The position numbers and the translations under genes are program-made. Below, piece by piece: positions 60,771-64,000 of a DNA stretch of 64,000 nucleotides (positions within the stretch are counted from its first letter, which is position 1; each line of letters starts with the position of its first letter). This DNA is from Dehalococcoidia bacterium (GTDB lineage Bacteria > Chloroflexota > Dehalococcoidia > Lucifugimonadales > UBA1123), in contig JAGWBK010000022.1 of the NCBI GenBank assembly GCA_021295915.1, forward strand, positions 22,740-86,739. Direction: 5' to 3'. The notes under the pieces were generated by a model that saw nothing but the letters and a program-made list of their open reading frames with translations, ran no database searches and was not told where the DNA came from.

Positions 60771-62870
60771 CTAGTGCCCCATGTCGCTCTTCAGTTCTTG
60801 GTCAACCCAAGTGAACTTGAGAGCAATCGTCCAGCCCTCATCCAGAGCGCCGGCTTCGCCGTTGTAACCCTTGATCCAAGGCGGGTTCATCCTGACGGCT
60901 TGGACTACAGGAGGCCAGAACAGCGCCCAAACCTGGTCGGAGTAGTACTGCTCCATTTTCCTGATGTTGTCATTCAACTCCTCACGTGTGGTAGCCGTTT
61001 CGGCCGCGTCCACAAAGGCATCGAAAGTCGGGTCGTTTACGGCGTAGACACTACCCGCGCCCCACATGGGATCATCTGCGGTGTTGCCCCAGCCCTTCGT
61101 TGAGTGGAAGCGACCGCGAAGGGTGGAGATGGCATCCAACATCTTCCCCCTGCAACCGCACTGCACTAAGTCGTAGTCAAGGGCTTGGTTCTTCTGCCAT
61201 GCGTAGTCGCCATCAGAGAGCTGAATGATCTCGACGTCTATACCGACCCGTTTCCAGTAGTCTCTGGCAATCAGCATCACATCAAGGTCGGCGCCCCAAC
61301 CGTCGGTTACATCCATTGTGGTCTTGAACCTGACGCCATCCGATCCTCTGGGCAGTCCGGCCTCATCAAGGAGCTTCTCAGCAGCCTCTGGGTCGTACAT
61401 GTACTTCCACTTTGTCTCGTCAGGCCATTCCTCATAAGGCGTGAACTGGCCCGCAAGGGGGAAGGCGCTGCCTATCGGAGTAGGGTCTGCGAAGCCCCGG
61501 TAGTAGGCCTGTGCCACAGTGTTCAAGTCAAGCGCTTTCTGCATGGCGATGCGCACATTGTGGTTCCCCAGTGGCTGCCTTGAGAGGTTAAACGCCATAT
61601 TCACCGAAGTTCCTGCTACTTTCGTAACCACAAGTTCGGGATTGGTCTTTTGCAAGCTCCAGACCTGGTCGAGTGGCATCCCTCGTCCTCCCAGCATCGC
61701 AATCCTGCCGGTTCTCAGAGCGGCAACCTTGGTCGCAATATCCGGAATGATGAGCATCTTGATTTCGTCAGCATACGGCAAGCGGTTCGCTGGGTGGACT
61801 GGATCGAATTCCCAGTAGTTTGCATTCTTCTCAAACGTCGCAGATGACCCATCGCGATAGTCAGTTACGAGGTAAGGTCCGGTACCGACAATGTGCTTCC
61901 ATTCGGTGATAGATCCTTGCTCGTTCCCATATTCATTAATCATTTCAGGAGGGACGATAACCGCGCCGCCACTCGATTCGAAGAACAGCACTTCCAGGGT
62001 CTTAAAGCTGAATTCTGAAGACTTCACCTCCACCGTCCAATCGTCGACGGCCTCAACGGAGGTGACGGGAAGAGCCTTTACCTGGTTGACATACGGCCCA
62101 GGTTCAGTGAACCCACTGCCAAGGCCCATCGACCTATGGAAGCTGAACTCGACATCCTTGGCGTTCATCTCGCGGCCAGCGGGCAGGCCCTTATTCTGCC
62201 AGTTTACACCCTGACGTATAGTGAACCTGAGTGTCAGGGGGTCGACCTGCTCCCAGCTTTCTGCCAGTGCTCCAGTTGTCGTATCGATGGAAGACAAGGC
62301 GGTGGCATCGAACTGGTCCCGGGGTATCGAGTAGTCTACTTGACCCAGCCTGTTAAAGATCATCTGGTTAGTCCAGGAAGCACCCTGGCCCTTGAGGATG
62401 TCCATTGGATCCCAAGAGACGAAGTCACCATCTATAGCGACGGGGATCGTCCCACCATATTGAGGCTTCTCCACCACCTGTCCCCAGATGTTCCTAGTGA
62501 ATCTCTCGCCCTCAACCACCACTTCCTTCACTACCTCTGTGACTACCGGGACCTGCTTTTCCACCACTACTGTCTGACCGGGAACCTCGACCTCCTTCAC
62601 CACCTCTATGGTCACGGTCTCACCTGGCACTTCGACCGTCTTGACTACCTCTTTCTCCACCACCACCGTCTCACCAGGAACCTCAACCTCCTTCACCACC
62701 TCTATCTTAACGGTCTCACCTGGCACTTCGACCGTCTTGACTACCTCTTTCTCCACCACCACCGTCTCACCAGGAACCTCGACTGTTCTTGTGCATGCCA
62801 ACGCTGTAACAAGCAACGTGGCTACCAGTGCGGATGTGATCGCCAGTCGGATTGAAGAAACAGTTCGCAT
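60771..62870 (-). CDS. Family-5 (peptide/nickel/opine type) ABC substrate-binding lipoprotein with a repetitive N-terminal linker
   Basis: 699 aa with the lipobox LVTALAC, about 100 aa of VEVPGETVVVEKEVVKT-type repeats, then an SBP_bac_5 body (…TFEKNANYWE…, RIAMQKALD). Confidence 0.9.
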   Translation of the reverse strand: MRTVSSIRLAITSALVATLLVTALACTRTVEVPGETVVVEKEVVKTVEVPGETVKIEVVKEVEVPGETVVVEKEVVKTVEVPGETVTIEVVKEVEVPGQTVVVEKQVPVVTEVVKEVVVEGERFTRNIWGQVVEKPQYGGTIPVAIDGDFVSWDPMDILKGQGASWTNQMIFNRLGQVDYSIPRDQFDATALSSIDTTTGALAESWEQVDPLTLRFTIRQGVNWQNKGLPAGREMNAKDVEFSFHRSMGLGSGFTEPGPYVNQVKALPVTSVEAVDDWTVEVKSSEFSFKTLEVLFFESSGGAVIVPPEMINEYGNEQGSITEWKHIVGTGPYLVTDYRDGSSATFEKNANYWEFDPVHPANRLPYADEIKMLIIPDIATKVAALRTGRIAMLGGRGMPLDQVWSLQKTNPELVVTKVAGTSVNMAFNLSRQPLGNHNVRIAMQKALDLNTVAQAYYRGFADPTPIGSAFPLAGQFTPYEEWPDETKWKYMYDPEAAEKLLDEAGLPRGSDGVRFKTTMDVTDGWGADLDVMLIARDYWKRVGIDVEIIQLSDGDYAWQKNQALDYDLVQCGCRGKMLDAISTLRGRFHSTKGWGNTADDPMWGAGSVYAVNDPTFDAFVDAAETATTREELNDNIRKMEQYYSDQVWALFWPPVVQAVRMNPPWIKGYNGEAGALDEGWTIALKFTWVDQELKSDMGH
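62520..62792. repeat. 96-bp in-frame tandem repeat (about 2.5 copies) inside the SBP gene
   Basis: GGTCTCACCTGGCACTTCGACCGTCTTGACTACC... recurs at 62616 and 62712 and encodes alternating VEVPGETVVVEKEVVKT / VEVPGETV(K/T)IEVVKE units. Confidence 0.85.
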
Positions 62871-63227
62871 CTATCTACCTCCCTAGCCCCAAGTGACTTA
62901 AGTCCCACCCTGTCACTCCACAAACTGCGGCGCGGCCTCAGTTTATCACGGCAAGAGTCTTAGTACACTCTATCTGTAGCACCAGAGTCGTGATCGCCTC
63001 ATATGAGTCTGGAGGATGCTGTACATCGTCCCAGGCCGCCGTTCAGTTAGCGGCTTTAGGGCTCTAATCTACTACGCTGCCCAAGTTAATGGAGCCTTTC
63101 GTGCACCAGCCAGAATCCAGAGATGTGTTGTGCTTACAGTTCTCTCTGAGCAGAGTAAGGTGAAAGATCTGATAGTGCAGGACTAGGCTCCCTCTACTTC
63201 GGGAATGGAAGCTCAACCACCTCTGGC

Positions 63228-63821
63228 CTACAACCCCAGATTCCCCCTCAGCCAGTCGCGCAGCATCGTCCTCAGCTCGTCTTTGCACTCGACGAGGCCG
63301 TGTTCGGCTCCGGGGTAGAGGACCAGCTCCTTGGGCTCTTCGGCCCAGGAGTGGATCATTTCGGAGCAGTATGGGGGAAAGCGTGTGTCGTTGGCGCCGT
63401 GCGCCAGGAGTAGCGGACGCAGGGCGACTTGGGCTGCGCGCTGTGCGCCGTAGGTCTGACTGGACAGCGCGGATAGGGCCTTGATCTCCTCGCTGAACGG
63501 CGCGGTCGATATGACGACTGCGCCTCGGAACGAGTGTCCTACCAGTGCGATGTCGGTGTGCCCGGTGCCGGTCAGGAACGAGACGCCGACCAGCGCGGCC
63601 ATCACGCACTCCGAGATCACGTTCGGCTGGCGGTAGCCGATTCTGACCGAGGTGATCTCATGCCGAAGCTCCTCGGCGATGTCGCGGTAGATGCCCTCGG
63701 CCGGGCCTGCGAAGCCGTCTCGCGCTCCCCACACCCAGATGATGCCCCAGGTGGTGCAGACTTCGTGGTCGTGGTGGACAATCGACCGGACGTCTCCTCG
63801 CGTGTTGTGGAGTGTCGTCAA
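63228..63821 (-). CDS. Alpha/beta hydrolase (dienelactone-hydrolase-like). The start is uncertain.
   Basis: IIWVWGARDG, the nucleophile elbow LVGHSFRGA (GxSxR, non-canonical), LLAHGANDTRFP and YPGAEHGL. The annotated ORF start at 63902 runs through the duplicated leader. TTG 63821 is the first in-frame start after it. Confidence 0.7.
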   Translation of the reverse strand: MTTLHNTRGDVRSIVHHDHEVCTTWGIIWVWGARDGFAGPAEGIYRDIAEELRHEITSVRIGYRQPNVISECVMAALVGVSFLTGTGHTDIALVGHSFRGAVVISTAPFSEEIKALSALSSQTYGAQRAAQVALRPLLLAHGANDTRFPPYCSEMIHSWAEEPKELVLYPGAEHGLVECKDELRTMLRDWLRGNLGL

Positions 63822-63881
63822 ATTCGCCCATGAGGAGTCCTCGCTTCTATCTGGGACTGGCTTCGTGGCGCAGTGTATATC
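63818..63881 (-). repeat. Second copy of the 64-nt leader/start segment
   Basis: See 57584-57647. Here the ATG (63831) is out of frame with the hydrolase ORF. Confidence 0.9.
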
Positions 63882-64000
63882 GTGACAGCGTTTGCCTGAC
63901 AACGACTGGCGGAGGAGAATGCCCTCTCAATGACGCTAGATCTGGGTTTCAAACCAGGGTTCAATCAGATCGACTCCACAGTCCTCGAAGTCGCCAATGT

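Noticed and set aside
63064-63609. 181-aa ORF overlapping the alpha/beta hydrolase gene in another frame, and the first 27 codons of ORF 63228..63902.
   Set aside because: The product is Arg/Pro-rich junk. The 5' extension is simply a translation of the duplicated non-coding leader; the same peptide, KFAHEESSLL.., appears on the opposite strand at both copies.

Overview
About 60% GC bacterial chromosome segment, tightly packed with around 60 genes. The gene content (many SDR, LLM-monooxygenase, hydantoinase, amidohydrolase and NIPSNAP genes, plus dense REP-like intergenic repeats) suggests a marine Chloroflexota/SAR202-like lineage, but that placement is inference only. Main blocks, in order:

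- **1-2281:** a 5'-truncated ZnuA-type metal-binding-protein gene, a tRNA-Phe/tRNA-Gly pair and a vapBC module.
- **2.3-13.7 kb, minus strand:** a nitrogen-assimilation supercluster of amt, a tiny ORF unit, a broken GSI-beta glnA, an intact GSI-alpha glnA, then gltB and gltD. No PII gene is present. The amt and tiny-ORF promoters both carry phased GlnR-type direct repeats.
- **13.9-21.5 kb:** miscellaneous enzymes, including an AtzG/AtzE-like pair (GatC-like small protein plus amidase).
- **21.5-26.2 kb:** a translationally coupled operon of GT4 glycosyltransferase, radical-SAM/SPASM enzyme, WG-repeat::O-methyltransferase fusion and histidine phosphatase. I regard this as the best candidate for an undescribed system.
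- **27-36.5 kb:** htpX with a PspAB-like gene, then a catabolic block (VOC, FMN hydroxy-acid oxidase, amidohydrolase, LLM, hyuA, hyuB).
- **36.8-43.2 kb:** an orphan 1212-aa double-FtsX permease coupled to holB, a MITE-like nested repeat, a truncated PSP1/RicT gene, an HNH endonuclease and cvpA.
- **43.3-57.6 kb:** a sulfite-oxidase-like Mo enzyme, NIPSNAP, an M16 peptidase, two more VapC-type TA modules, and assorted enzymes.
- **57.7-63.9 kb:** an arrestin/Spo0M-like protein, a peptide-type ABC importer with no ATPase genes, and an alpha/beta hydrolase. The hydrolase's leader and 3' end both have diverged duplicate copies elsewhere in the window.

Three genes have broken reading frames (znuA-like, GSI-beta glnA, one SDR). 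From sequence alone I cannot tell pseudogenes from assembly errors. No rRNA, CRISPR array, transposase or integrase was found.
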